Source: Octopus bimaculoides
Lineage: Eukaryota
DNA: 64,000 nt
Assembly (NCBI RefSeq): GCF_001194135.2
Contig: NC_068984.1
Span: 20,312,759-20,376,758, forward strand
Reading direction: 5' to 3'
Shown: piece after piece, positions 50,301 through 61,919 of the stretch
Numbering within the stretch: the first letter of the stretch is position 1
Layout: every line of letters begins with the position of its first letter
Translations under genes and position numbers: made by a program
The notes under the pieces: generated by a model
Databases searched by the model: none
Seen by the model: only the letters and a program-made list of their open reading frames with translations
What the model was told of the DNA's origin: nothing

Positions 50301-53300
50301 ATAAAATTCAAGGGCCCTGTTAAATGGCTTGGGCTAATGGCAGTGAAAAGTTGACTTAACAACATTACTGGGTAACATTATGGTGGGAAGAAATGGCACA
50401 TTTCATTATATTTGGAAAGAAAATTTAAATCTTTACTACATAGTGAACAGTCAAATATATGGTTCAGTTCAGTCCATTATTACTGAAGATTTGGGTGAGA
50501 CGCGTGTCTGCCAAGTTTGTGCCAAAACTTTCAGCCAACCAGAAAGACACTCGGATTTCGGTTGCACAAGATCTCCTTTATTGTGTTGAGAACGATGAAA
50601 GCATTTTGGAAACTTTGTTTAGGCCTCTGAGCAGGTATCGCCAAGCTTTTGGCAACATTTGATGCAGATTCTCTGCTCAACTTTCTCTGTCATGGTCATT
50701 ACAACAAACACATGCTATGCACATTACTTCCAAGCACTGCTGTAAGCAGTGGAAGTGAGCTAGAATGTTAAAACTTGGTGCACATGCACAGCAGAGTCTG
50801 AGGCACAATCTGTGCCAAGTGGCTTCACTCTGCATGCTTTAGCTTCGTTGCTATGGCAACAGTCCGGATACTTATTGATCAGACCACATATCTATCTACA
50901 TACACACACACACACACAATTTTCAGTTGGCTGAATTAACCTCAGTACTCTTGGTTTTTAAGCATGGTATTTATTCTGTCTATTTGCCGAATCTCTAAGT
51001 TTCAGGGAACCAACACCGGTTGTCAAGTAGTGGTGGGGGATGAACAAAGACACACACACAAACACAGTTTCTGTCTACCAAATACACTCACAAGGTTTTG
51101 GTCAGCCTCAGACTGTAGTAGAAGACACTTACCCAAGTTGTCACACAGTGGAACTGAACCTGCAACCATATGGCTGGGAGGCAATCTTCTTATCCTTACA
51201 GCCAAGCCAAACCTATCAAAAAATCTGTAAAAAGAAAGTCTAATTTAAATTTCAGTTCAGAACCATAAGATGGTTTAATTGTTCTGTTTCTTTTCTTCAG
51301 GTGGCGCTGGCGGAGCAAATCCTAGATCACATCTTGACGATGAAGATGATTTCCAAATGGATGATGATTTACCAGGAGTCTCAAATCAAAGACAGTAATT
51401 AATTTTTTTTCTTATGGATTGTTACATCTTAGACGTAAAGTTTGCAGTATTCAAATAAAATCATTTCTCAAAATGCTTTTTTATCTGTTAAACTCAGTTC
51501 ATTTTTAATCCTTTCAGTTGCTTTGGTTTGAGTTAATTTTGAAAAGAATGAAGGATTTAGTAAAGTAACATAATGTTCCAAGCACCAGCTTGGTACATGC
51601 GCTTGGAATATAAATTAACATGAAATTTTGATGGAAGGTTTTAATTAGATCACTTTGATTAGGAAGTTTGTATCATAGAAGCAGAGATGGTCTCAGACAA
51701 CTTAGTATTAAAAGGGTTAATAAATATAGAAGAAATACTATAACAAAGGGAATGAACCGTAAACTTTTACAAAATTCAAAGTATTTCAAGATGTGGCTTC
51801 TTTCTGCTAGTAAATTACTTGTGTATGACAGTTTTTATCTTTTACTTCTTTACTGCTGGGTAATGTGAATGATTTAATAGTAAATGCTCTCCAGTTATAA
51901 GCTGGTATCCAGATGAGTTCCATGGTTTCAGGTTCAATCCCACTATGCAGCACTTTGAGCAAGTGACTTCTGTAGCACTTGGCTGAAAGCTTTTTGAGTG
52001 GATTTGGTAGAAGGAAACTGAAAGAAACTCATCTGTATATGCATGTGTGCTTGTGTCTCCTTGATATTGCACACTGATTGTAAACAAACATCACCATCAT
52101 ACAAGCATTGTCATTTGTTTGAAACCTTCCATGAAAACATGTCCAGCCATTGTACTGTAATGGAAGTGAGAAGAAGGGAGATAAACTACATGACTATTGT
52201 CAGTCAGGAGTTTGAATAGAAACGGTATGACCAAGAAGGTGAAAGAAATATATAAAAAGTCAACATATATTAACCAGAATATATGCAATAATAATGTATT
52301 AACTCCTATATTTAATATTCTTTTATCAGTGTGCCTTATCGCAAAAATCACAGGAAGCGACCTCAGAATAAGATCTTGGAAATGGATAAAGTGCAGAACA
52401 GCGGTGAGTTTTATTTTCAATTGAAATCTTTTGTGAACTTTAAACAAGTAAAGAAACAAGTGTTTATAGAGAGAAAAATGTTTAATTTGCCTTAGTATTT
52501 GATTATAGTTCTCTTTTTACATTGTTATACATGGTCTGCACCATGTTATGGTTGTATAAACTGCATAAAAGCATCACATCAAAAAACATAAACATCCCAA
52601 ATATTCATTACTTCTGTGTAATTTAATTTAACAGTAGCATAGTTATTGATTTGTTACATGAAGTGAAGGTGTGTAGCTTCGTTAGGGTAATTGGCTCACA
52701 ATCATAAGGTCATGTGTTCGATTCCTGTCGGTGCGTTGTCTTTAAGCAAGACACTTTATCTCACATTGCTGCAGTCCTCTCAGCTGTAAATTCAAAGGGC
52801 TAACCTTGTCACATACTGTGTGATACTGAATCTCTCTGAGAACCACATTAAGGGTGTGTATGTCTGTGGAGTGCTCAGCAACTTGCATGTTAACCCTTTA
52901 GCATTTAAACCGGCCATATCCGGCCAAAAGTATTCTGCCTGTTTTATGTTCAAACTGGCCAGATCTGGTCTCTCATACCAACCCTACAATATTGTTATAA
53001 AAATTAACAGCTACCTCATCAAAATCTCATAGCGACAAGATAATGCATGATTAGTTCAAGACAATGTGGATAAAAAAAGCATTAATTTTGGCAGAATAAT
53101 GCAAACACTAAAGGGTTAATTTCACAAGCAGGCTGTTCTGTTGACTGGATCAAATGGAACATTTGTCGTCGTAACTGACTGAGTGTCATAAAAAACATAC
53201 ACGAGATATTTGAAATTTGTTTGAATAGAAAGTTTAATTTTTAGATTAATTAAATCTACAACTGACACCATTTTCAATTCAGAATTCTATATAATATTCT

Positions 53301-56300
53301 CGCATATAATTTTCTACTGGTACTCAAATTTCATATGAACCTAATTGTTTATATTTTCAGGTCGATTAAAACGTCTTGGCTTACCGGTACACAACAAACA
53401 TTCTGATAATAGCTGGTATCGTGTAAAGGTATATAAATTTTTCCTTTTATAAAATCCATCGAAATACAAATCACTTACCTCTTTATGTAACTTTATAAAC
53501 TGCTATATTAGTATTTCATAAAAACAAGTTTTTGTTTTTGAGTTTTTCTATTTTTATGAAATTAAAATTGTTATATGATACAAGAACAAATTTTGTATGA
53601 AATGATGTACTTTTACAGCATGCACTTAGTGGCTTGCTGGAAAGAAAACAAAAAAATCCTAAAAACCTCTCCATTGTAATTATTGACAGGCAAGCAATAT
53701 GAGGTTGAAGTGGTGGGTGTTGCCAGCCATTTAGTTGTCCTTGGTACATAACTATTTGATTCAGTGTAATGATATAGGTTCAACTTGAAAGTTGTTCCAG
53801 CTATCAACTGCTTATTAAAGCTGTTCTACACTTATTTCTGTGTATAAGGGGGATGTAAATTGTAAAAAGATTATGGAAGATATATATAGCATCGTCCTCC
53901 TCATTTAACATCCGGTTTTTTTTTATGCTGATGTGAAGTAGATGGTTAGACAGGATCTGTCAAGTTGTGGACTTCACCAAACTCTTGTGTCTGCTTTAGT
54001 ATGGTTTCTGTGATTGGATGCCGTCCTAATGTTGACCACATTACAGAGTGTACTGGTACTTTTTATGTGGCACCAGCACCATTGAGGTCACTAAATAATT
54101 TGCAGCACGTTCCCCTACCACTTGGCATAAAAGCCACCTCCTCCTACCTCAGGTAGGAGGAGATGGCTTTTATGCCAAGTGATGAGAGGTTAAAGTATGA
54201 TAAAGGGATATGAACAGGTGATTTGCTCTAGAGGAAATACTTGGTTAACCCAGTTGGAAAGGAAATGATATCTGGGATTGGACCTGAACAATGTTGGTCA
54301 ATTTAATCAATTACAAATCAGAATTCTTCGGGTATTCTGGTATTTAAGAGAGTTTCTTAACCACAAGACTATGCTTGCATATATTAAATGAAGAGTCATT
54401 GGGTTGAGTTCCATAAATGTTGAAATTTAATACAACTGAATGTCGATTAGATGAAGTTGAATCATACAAATTGTGAATATAGTATAGTGACGGTTGGAAA
54501 ATTTTCCTCATCTTTTTATTGTAATTACTATTCAAAATAAATGGCTGAGAGACTAAGATAAATAATTGATAAATTGTTGGCAAACTTATCATGCTCAGTT
54601 GGACTTGTATCTAATTTCACTTATCTCTTAATTTTTTTCCCCTAATATTTGTAAAATCAGTATCAATATTATATACCATGATTGATAAATTTACTGCTTG
54701 ATTTTTATATGACTAATGAGATTTAAAAAAAAAATATTTTAACATCCAGACTGAAATTTTTTTTTCTTTTTCTTTTTTTTTTATAGATACCATGTAGACA
54801 GAAGTTGGAAAGGCATTTCATTATTAGAGAAATCGAAAATTGTATCAATATGACATTTCAAGTATCATTTGTGAGTCTCTTAGTTACATTAATATCTATT
54901 TAATTTATTAACTGTATGAGAATTTTTTCTTCCTAGTCAAATTATATTATCCTTCAAAAAGCTGTGAATGAATTTATTTAAAATGTTATTTTTTAAAATT
55001 ATATTCTTGGTGTTTCTTACAATTTCCCTCTATGAAACAGCTGTCAAAGTGAGTTTACCCAGTTGCTGCCCTTGTGAAGCTATTGTGTTGGAGGGATTTT
55101 ATTTTATTTTTCATTTGTTTAAAGCCACTGTTTGTTTATTCATTTTTTTTTTGTGTGTGTAGTGGTCTGAGTTAAGTGTTGTGGTTTGGAAATAGGAATG
55201 TGTAGGTTAGTGATGTCAAAGATTAGCCATTCTACACCCAGCTTTCAGATTCTGGGAATTTAACAGTGTTGAGTGAAAATGATTGTATATGTTGGTAGCA
55301 GTAGGGATACCTTCAAGTCCAAAATATTAGTGCTTTTGTCTTCCCTAAGACTTGAGTTTTTAAATTTTCCCATTGCTATTGGAGTGTTTGATGGCTGGAA
55401 AGAGTTACTATTTTGGTGGCTGATCTTCAAAGAATGTTTGAGAAAGTTGTTTGCTTGGTGTTACAGTGTGATTATATTATTTTGAAGTTACTGTGACATG
55501 GAGGGTGGTATAGTTTTTGTTGATGATGGTGGTTATTCAATATTTGTAGTATGTGTTCATTTGACCTGCAAGAAGTTGTAACCAAAGCTACAAGCATAAC
55601 ATAGTGGTAATTGTAGAAATAACTGAAACCCAATGTAACAATAATTATAGAAAGGCCTGAACTTTGAACTCAGTAGTTGAGTTCCTTAAACTCAGAACTG
55701 TTTTCCTTCATTTAGTGACAAAATTGTGAAATAAAATAACTGTCTGTTAATTTTGGTAAATTTAGTGGTTTTTGTTTTGTCAATCACTCATTATTCTACA
55801 TTGATTTCCAAGTGTGATCATTTATTATATTAAACTGCATTGAAACTTATTCTAGTAAATGTATGAAAAATGTGATTGTATGATTAATCACTTTTCCATT
55901 GGTGGTTATCTTCCATGTTATATTTTTATGTATAAATATATATATATAAATACATATACATATATATATATATATATATATAAAAAATCATAGTCATCTC
56001 TGAGTTTTGAGATGGTTTGTGAGATCAGATACCACCTACATCAATGTAGAAGTGCCGACAGGATTTTATCAAGTACATAAACTCTGTGCGATTCTTTTAC
56101 AACAGTGTGATTGGTTAGACTTATTAAATATTTTGTTATCTGTATCCTACAGGAGAAAGTGAGAAAGAAATTATTTTGTCTATATATATATATATATTTA
56201 CTTCAACTTTTCAGTTTAAAAGTGAACGTGGCAGTTGTTGTTTTTATGTCCAAGATAAAATTACTGCAGATGCTATTCGTCAAGTGGATAAGAAGATAAT

Positions 56301-56995
56301 AATGCCTGATGGATTCAAAGTAGGTTTGCTTTGTCATTATTGGAATATATCAATTATTTCTAAAAGTATTTGTCAAAAAACAAGTGGGTGGGGGTGGGGG
56401 TTTTAATTTACGAGTACCATTTCCAAATCCTGTACAGTAGGTATGTGAATGAGTGCTAAGAGGTTTCTAAAAATGCTATGGTGACTGTCATGGGAGTGGT
56501 GGAGGCACTAATTCCATTTCTTCACTCCTGCAAATGTGTGCTCAAATGGTTGTTGGTCTGAAAGTGACATTCTGATAAAAATCCTTAAGTGGAAATATCC
56601 TTCAATTTCTTTTTGCAATTTTGTTCCATTTTCTAAATTAGCTATTAAAATGAAAGATTTTTATATTTTAATGTTTTACAACCATTCTAACTAGTTTACC
56701 ACATATATTTTTAGTTGGCTGTAATTGTGAAACCTTCTTGTGCACCTGGCTTAACCCTGGATGATAGAACACTGGAAAAACTAAAGGTAATAGTCGTTTC
56801 TTAAAAGTTCATTAAATAAATTTCACGCTTGTTTTGTGATTTTCTGCATTTCCATCTATTTGTCAGTAATCTAATATCTATAATACTATAAACTTTCATG
56901 TTTAATTATAAATTACTCAGAATGAAGAAATAGTACTGAATCTTTTGATGCCTCATATGTCAAAATTGGTAACTCGGTTTTAGAATGCAAAAGGA

Positions 56996-57040
<45 letters not shown>

Positions 57041-60000
57041 ACTTCTTTCAAACTGAAAATATTATCTCACATTACAATAGAGACATAATAGTGAAATAGT
57101 GTAAGAGATAAGAGATCGCTCTAGGCTTGCATTAGGCAAGAAGTTGGAAATTTTTTTGGCCCATGACACTCCATGGACCTTGGCTTTTGTACTTCATGAC
57201 TGTTGCTTTAAGTATTTTATTTTGATTTTCACTGACATAGTGGTAAGAACAACAGGACACGTAACAGTAATTTCGAATAAAAATAAAAATGGAAGTTTTA
57301 ATCATCTGATGAACAGGCAAACATTACAAAAATAGCGATTCTCACTTTGAAACTAGACAATTTTGAAAATCTTTTTAGATACGGAACGTCTTGCTCTCTC
57401 ATGTATCCATGTTTAAAATTTCAGCGTGATCGGATGAACAATACTTGAGTTATAATAAGTGCACAAACAGATAGACAGAATGAGATTTATATATTAGATT
57501 AGAGAAAAGATATTATTTGCATTGTATAGCCTGCTGTTTTAAAAGGAGATGCAAGTGCTACGAAGGCATTCATCATGAGTATCCTCAAGATTCTAATGAT
57601 TCCTTCACTATTTACAAAATAGCAGTCATTGCTTGAGAAGGCATACAAGTGTTTAAAAGGCAAGAAAAAAAAATCCCAACAAAATTTATCTGATGGATAA
57701 ATAATGGTGGGTCTTGTTTAACAGATAAAATTGATAATGATACACAATAAATTTTTTCTACTTTTAGCTTTGCCTGAGTGAACGCTATGATTCCTCTATC
57801 AAGATGCTTCGACTAAACAGCTTGTATCAAGATGAAAGTAAGTACATTGTATAATCTTTTAACACTTGTTTCGTTGAATGAAATAAAAAACATTTTAATG
57901 GATGAATAATTAGTAAGGAATTTAACAGCAAGAATTTTTATTCTTACACAGTATGCAGTTTAATTTCTTTTAATTTTATTCTGTGTTTATATGTAATGGA
58001 AACTTGCATGCTCATGCATCAGGAATGAAAAAAATATATTATTGGCCATTATCATTTGCTTCAGGCATGTACTTAAGCCTTTCAATTCTATTTCTTGAAA
58101 AGAATATATGATGTACTTTTTAAATAGATGTCATCTTTTGTATCAAGTGAACACCTTGTGTCTGCAATATTGGAGTTATAGATAACATATATCTCCTGTC
58201 TTGATACAATCGCTATCACCATCATCATCCATTTTCCATACTGGCATGGGTTTGATGGTTTGACAGGATCTAGCAAGCTGCAGGGTTTCATTGAACTCCA
58301 GTATTAGCATTGGCATGGTTACTATGGCTGGGTGTCCTTCCTTATGCCAACAACTTTGCTGTGTGGTGGGTACCTTTTTTTTTTTTTTTTGCATCACTGG
58401 CACGAGTGAAGTTTACCAGGTGTGAAAGATAGGAAAAGGACCCCCCCCCCACTTCGTGGGGTAGTATTTGAGATGGGGAGAGGTCTTTATACAAGCACAG
58501 GTATCTTGTAATAGTGGAGATGCATGGTTACCCCCACATATAAAGGGTTGGTGAGAATAGCTAGGAAGGAGCTGATGGGATGCCAGAGCAAACTCTTTAG
58601 GTGATGAGGTTTTGATAATTGATTTACGATCTCTTGCAACAAAATTGAGGATATTTTCATGGAGTAGTTGATTAATTTATTTCATTAGAGATTTTGGTTT
58701 TAGTGTTGAAAAACAAAAATTGTGTTGAAGTCATCTGTAATAAAAATAGAAAATTTTTTTCACTCTCTGAAGAAAGTAAGTATTAAGTGACCAATTATTT
58801 TGTAATAATAGTAAAACAAAAAGTACTTTTAGTAACTCCCTAAGTTTATGTACAAGGATTAATCATTGTCATTTTCATAGATTATCTTTTTTTTTCTTTT
58901 TATCTTATTAATCTCAACTTCCTTTCTCTTTTCTTTTCCAATATATTAGTGTTGAAAGGTACTGATTCGTTCATGGCTTTGAATCGACCACAAGTGATGA
59001 CTAATGTTGTTACAATAATCAAAGAAAACATACCAGAAGTAAGAATTTATTTTATTCTCATTCCTCCATGTCTATTTAAAGCTGTTAGCTCTCCTGAAGT
59101 TTCTATCTACTACAAAATCTCAGAATCCTTAATTTCTATTTTATTTGCTACATTTTCAACTTTAGATTTAAAGTGTCATTAACCCTCAGAACCCCAGTGG
59201 CCACTATTCCGGCTGCTAGCCGCAGATGTAAATACTCCAGCGACCACTTTACCAGGTGCCACATTGTACTGTTTACAAATACCCCAGCGGTCGCTATTAC
59301 GGCCGCCGGCTGCAGATACAAATACAAATTCCAGCTGCTAGCCACAGATACAAATACACCAGTGACCGCTTAACCGGCCAGTATTTTCTGCATTGGAAAA
59401 CCAGACAGTAACTGCCGGTTTGATTGGCACCACAGATGCCAGTATTGGTGATTAAAAAAAAAGAAGTGGTAAGGATAATGTTGCCCTCAATTTGGCATTT
59501 TAGTGACACTGTTGATGATGATGAAACAATATTAAGTGAGGAGTCATTTTGACTCTTTTACCCAGGGAAGCTGGGGTGAGGGTGCTGAGAACAACAGGTA
59601 TCTGGGGTTCAAACGGTCAAGGAACATTATTTACAAAGAAATCTGTATTAGTTCATATGTTATTTGTGAATATTGTGGTGCTGTCTCATAATTAATTAAT
59701 TAATTACTGGTTGGGGAAAAAGTTGAAGAGGTTTTTTTTATAGCTTACTGTGGTAGGAATATTTCATGTACTTGTTTGTAGCTGCCCTAACCTAGGCTGG
59801 GCAACATAATTGACCTCCACATCTGAACTGATGTAATTGACCTCCACACATGAACTGGTTTACTTAAGTGGTGTAGCTGTTTGGTTACACTGTTATGAAG
59901 AAATATTTTCAGACTTTTACTTGCATAAAAATGGGCATGCGTGAATATCAGTTACTTGATTGAACAGATTAGTTTAGTAAATGGATATGTCATTTGTAAG

Positions 60001-60874
60001 GTCAGTATGTTATTGTAATGTGTTGGCTTTTAACAAGCATTTGTTTTGCATAGTTGTGGTTTGTTGTTGCAGTTTCTTAGCAACGATATCTATGGTGGCT
60101 AATGGAGAAATCAGATGAATAGCTTGACTTCCATAACCTTGACATACCTCACTCATTTATGTGTGATACTGGCATGGGTTAACCAGTTTGTTAGGAGCTA
60201 GCAAGCCAGAGGATTGTGCATAGCTCCAATGTCAGCTTTGGCATGATTTCTACAGCTGAATGCCCTTCCTAGTGCCAACCACTTTACAGGTGCTTTTACA
60301 TGGCACCTGTAAAGTGGTTAGTGTTAGGAAGGGTATCCAGCTGTAGAAACTGCACCAAAGCTGACATGGAGCATTATGCAGCCCTGTGACTCACCAGATT
60401 CTATCTAATTGTCCAACCTATGCTGGCATGGAAAGTAGACATTAAATGATGATAATGATGGCCTGCATCCCAGAGGTTACCAAGTAGCTCAAAAGACAAG
60501 ACTCCCTCATCTGAAGTGGGAAATTAGTATTGCAGGAACTGGTTTTGTGCCAGTTGATAAGTTAAAGTATGGTGGAAGGACAGAAATGGGTATCTTGCAG
60601 TAAAGGAGATACCTGGTTACCTCACTTGGAAAAGAGAGAGAGAGGGAGTGGTGGTGGTGAAAATGTGTCAAGTGATACAGAGGATTAGACAGGGTGAATG
60701 GGTAGGTAAGTTTGTGAGTGTAAAAGGAGAGTGGCAGATAGTGGTGAATATAAGGACTTAATTTTGAACTGTTTAATAAATTGTTTCGTTTTCTTTACAA
60801 ATATAACTGGTTTCCTCAAACAGTTTTACTTTCGATGTTAGTTTTTTAAAAGTCTTGTTTACTGAAATTAAACT

Positions 60875-60924
<50 letters not shown>

Positions 60925-61919
60925 ATAAATATTTGCATTATTTGTATATTTGCAGTTGGTATCTCTTGATATTAGTTGTAACAAGTTGATGACTTTGGAA
61001 TATTTATCTCCACTAGTCTCATACACTCCTCATTTGAAAAACTTGAATCTTGGTAAAAATACGGTAGGTTACCCTAAAATTTTGTTGTTTAATGAAATGC
61101 ATTGTAATAAAAAAAAAATGTGATAGGTGGATTAGCAGAATTGTATTGGCAAAATGCTTTGTATTTGTTTTAGCATTTTATGAATCCCACAAATATAATT
61201 CTACTGTACCTTTAAGTTGAGCAAAGCATTGCATCTGAAATTTGGTAAACAGAAACTATGTGGAAGCTAATTAGAACTGTTGCCATTGTAGTGTGGTCAA
61301 CTTAATCTGCCATTTTGTTTAACATCACCACCACCACCACCACCATTTGGTGTTCCTTGGATGTCTTTAGCATAATTCACACTAGTGAAGCATTCAGGTC
61401 AGGTGTCCATTTTAGGAAGGCAAAGATCAGTTTTGCCTTTCATGCTCTAGGGTCAATGCTATCGACTAACCAATGCCTTCTCTTCAAAGTTGCTAGCATT
61501 ATGTCTAAATTAGAAATGATTATTTCATGTTTTAACAAAAATAGTTGAGGTATGATTTATGTTTAAAATAAAAATTATAATAATTAAACTTTGATTTGTT
61601 TCAACATTTAGTTTGCTGATTTCTTACAAACATTTCTTACATCAGGATGATTTTGTTTACTTTTTTTATGAATTCTTTTTCTTGTTAATTGTTCAGCTGT
61701 ATTAAATTAATGAATGTGATAGCTTTAACTGCCATAGAAGCTACTTACTTTACTCTTTAATGCATTATTATCACTTATATATCTTATCCTTTTTAACTTA
61801 TTGTCTTAGCTAAAGTCTATTGAAGAATTAGAGAAGATTAAAGACTGGAAACTCGATGAATTGATCCTCGAAGGCAATGAATTCTGTAATAGATTTAAAG
61901 ACCATTCAGTTTATGTCAG
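38309..61919 (+). CDS. NXF1: Nuclear RNA export factor 1 (NXF1/TAP), 5' part; exons 38309-38375, (gap)-49440, 51301-51394, 52330-52403, 53361-53428, 54787-54870, 56215-56319, 56715-56786, 57768-57837, 58950-59038, 60956-61063, 61810-61919; continues past the window
   Basis: GT-AG exons in compatible phases give an RG-rich N-terminus, PRSHLDDEDD, RHVPY, SWYRVK|IP, RRM-like FYVQD..TADAI, ERYD, ALNRPQVM...IIKENIPE, and LRRs LVSLDISCNKL..LNLGKN|LKSIEELEKIK...LILEGN, all matching NXF1. Confidence 0.93.
41296..41469. mobile_element. CpG-rich fold-back MITE with TA ends
   Basis: Long inverted arms tactactaa.gcagcacgg.cccgaacgcgcagtc...tagtcgtgagtggtcgatccta. Confidence 0.7.
42980..43305 (-). mobile_element. 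CR1-type LINE ORF2 C-terminal fragment
   Basis: YPERL...SLEHRRLRENMINMYK...KLERSHCRLNIRSCFFGQRV...FKNRLD. Confidence 0.85.
45023..45420 (-). mobile_element. Young RTE LINE 3' end
   Basis: High similarity to 997-1294 and 5846-6125. Confidence 0.8.
46789..47956 (-). mobile_element. Near full-length decayed Tc1/mariner (DD37D-like) transposon with TIRs
   Basis: TA+CAGGGTGTGGACG left end and CGTCCACACCATG right end; frameshifted transposase motifs WFFSNEKN, DQKINSQDNRW, KTQAWLSENF, IWPPNLADCNPL, VWSAVEQETN. Confidence 0.85.
48620..48880 (+). mobile_element. RTE LINE 3' end
   Basis: aagcacccactacactctcggagtggttggc...catgccagcatggaaagcagac tail. Confidence 0.75.
48895..49371. other. Assembly gap hiding the NXF1 exon 2 acceptor; other gaps at 1295-1438, 15740-16111, 17280-17491, 26617-27438, 36995-37115, 40221-40230
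   Basis: N runs, most flanked by microsatellites or repeats. Confidence 0.98.
49372..49440 (+). CDS. NXF1: NXF1 exon 2 (5' end hidden in N-gap)
   Basis: DKSRPFYKRSKWHGRGGRRNRK G|gttcgt; phase 1 fits the next exon. Confidence 0.7.
49620..49880 (-). mobile_element. Old RTE ORF C-terminal fragment
   Basis: TRRLHWYRH...EDGSWVKKC resembles RRLRWYGHV...DSWVKKC. Confidence 0.55.
50455..50890. mobile_element. Rearranged mariner (DD34D-type) relic: internal fragment on + joined to the 5' end on -
   Basis: + strand: SVQSIITEDLG/RRVSAKFVPKL...VAQDLLYCVENDE; - strand: TIR tatgtggtctgatcaataagtatccggac and MTEKVEQRICIKCCQKLGDTCSE from ATG 50693. Confidence 0.8.
51301..51394 (+). CDS. NXF1: NXF1 exon 3
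   Basis: ttcttcag|GTGGC...GACA|gtaatt; NPRSHLDDEDDFQMDD. Confidence 0.85.
51505..51721. mobile_element. Second TTAA-ended MITE family (diverged)
   Basis: ttaatcctttc...aaaagggttaa ends. Confidence 0.55.
52330..52403 (+). CDS. NXF1: NXF1 exon 4
   Basis: tttatcag|TGTG...AGCG|gtgagt; VPYRKNHRKRPQ. Confidence 0.8.
52890..53119. mobile_element. piggyBac-type TTAA MITE nested in a SINE
   Basis: ttaaccctttag...ctaaagggttaa; the SINE sequence resumes on both sides (gcatg|ttaa|tttcacaagcagg). Confidence 0.82.
53361..53428 (+). CDS. NXF1: NXF1 exon 5
   Basis: ttttcag|GTCGA...AAG|gtatat; RLKRLGLP...SWYRVK. Confidence 0.85.
54787..54870 (+). CDS. NXF1: NXF1 exon 6 (84 nt)
   Basis: tttatag|ATACCA...TTT|gtgagt. 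Confidence 0.87.
56215..56319 (+). CDS. NXF1: NXF1 exon 7 (105 nt)
   Basis: ttttcag|TTTAAA...AAA|gtaggt; FYVQDKITADAIRQVDKKI. Confidence 0.88.
56715..56786 (+). CDS. NXF1: NXF1 exon 8 (72 nt)
   Basis: ttttag|TTGGCT...AAG|gtaata; LAVIVKPSCAP...EKLK. Confidence 0.87.
57768..57837 (+). CDS. NXF1: NXF1 exon 9 (70 nt)
   Basis: cttttag|CTTTGC...GAAA|gtaagt; LCLSERYDSSIKMLRL. Confidence 0.88.
58950..59038 (+). CDS. NXF1: NXF1 exon 10 (89 nt)
   Basis: tattag|TGTTG...GAA|gtaaga; MALNRPQVM...IIKENIPE. Confidence 0.9.
59179..59620. mobile_element. piggyBac-like non-autonomous element with GC-rich internal repeats
   Basis: Left ttaaccctcagaaccccag; right ctggggttcaaacggtcaa (15/19 reverse-complement match). 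Confidence 0.65.
60168..60460. mobile_element. Two RTE 3' fragments joined head-to-head (inverted pair)
   Basis: aaccactttacaggtgc / gcacctgtaaagtggtt centre with extended imperfect arms. Confidence 0.75.
60956..61063 (+). CDS. NXF1: NXF1 exon 11 (108 nt, LRR)
   Basis: tttgcag|TTGGTA...ACG|gtaggt; LVSLDISCNKL...LNLGKN. Confidence 0.9.
61810..61919 (+). CDS. NXF1: NXF1 exon 12 (110 nt, LRR; precedes the cassette intron)
   Basis: gtcttag|CTAAAG...GTCAG|gtaatg; LKSIEELEKIKDWKLDELILEGNEFC. Confidence 0.9.
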
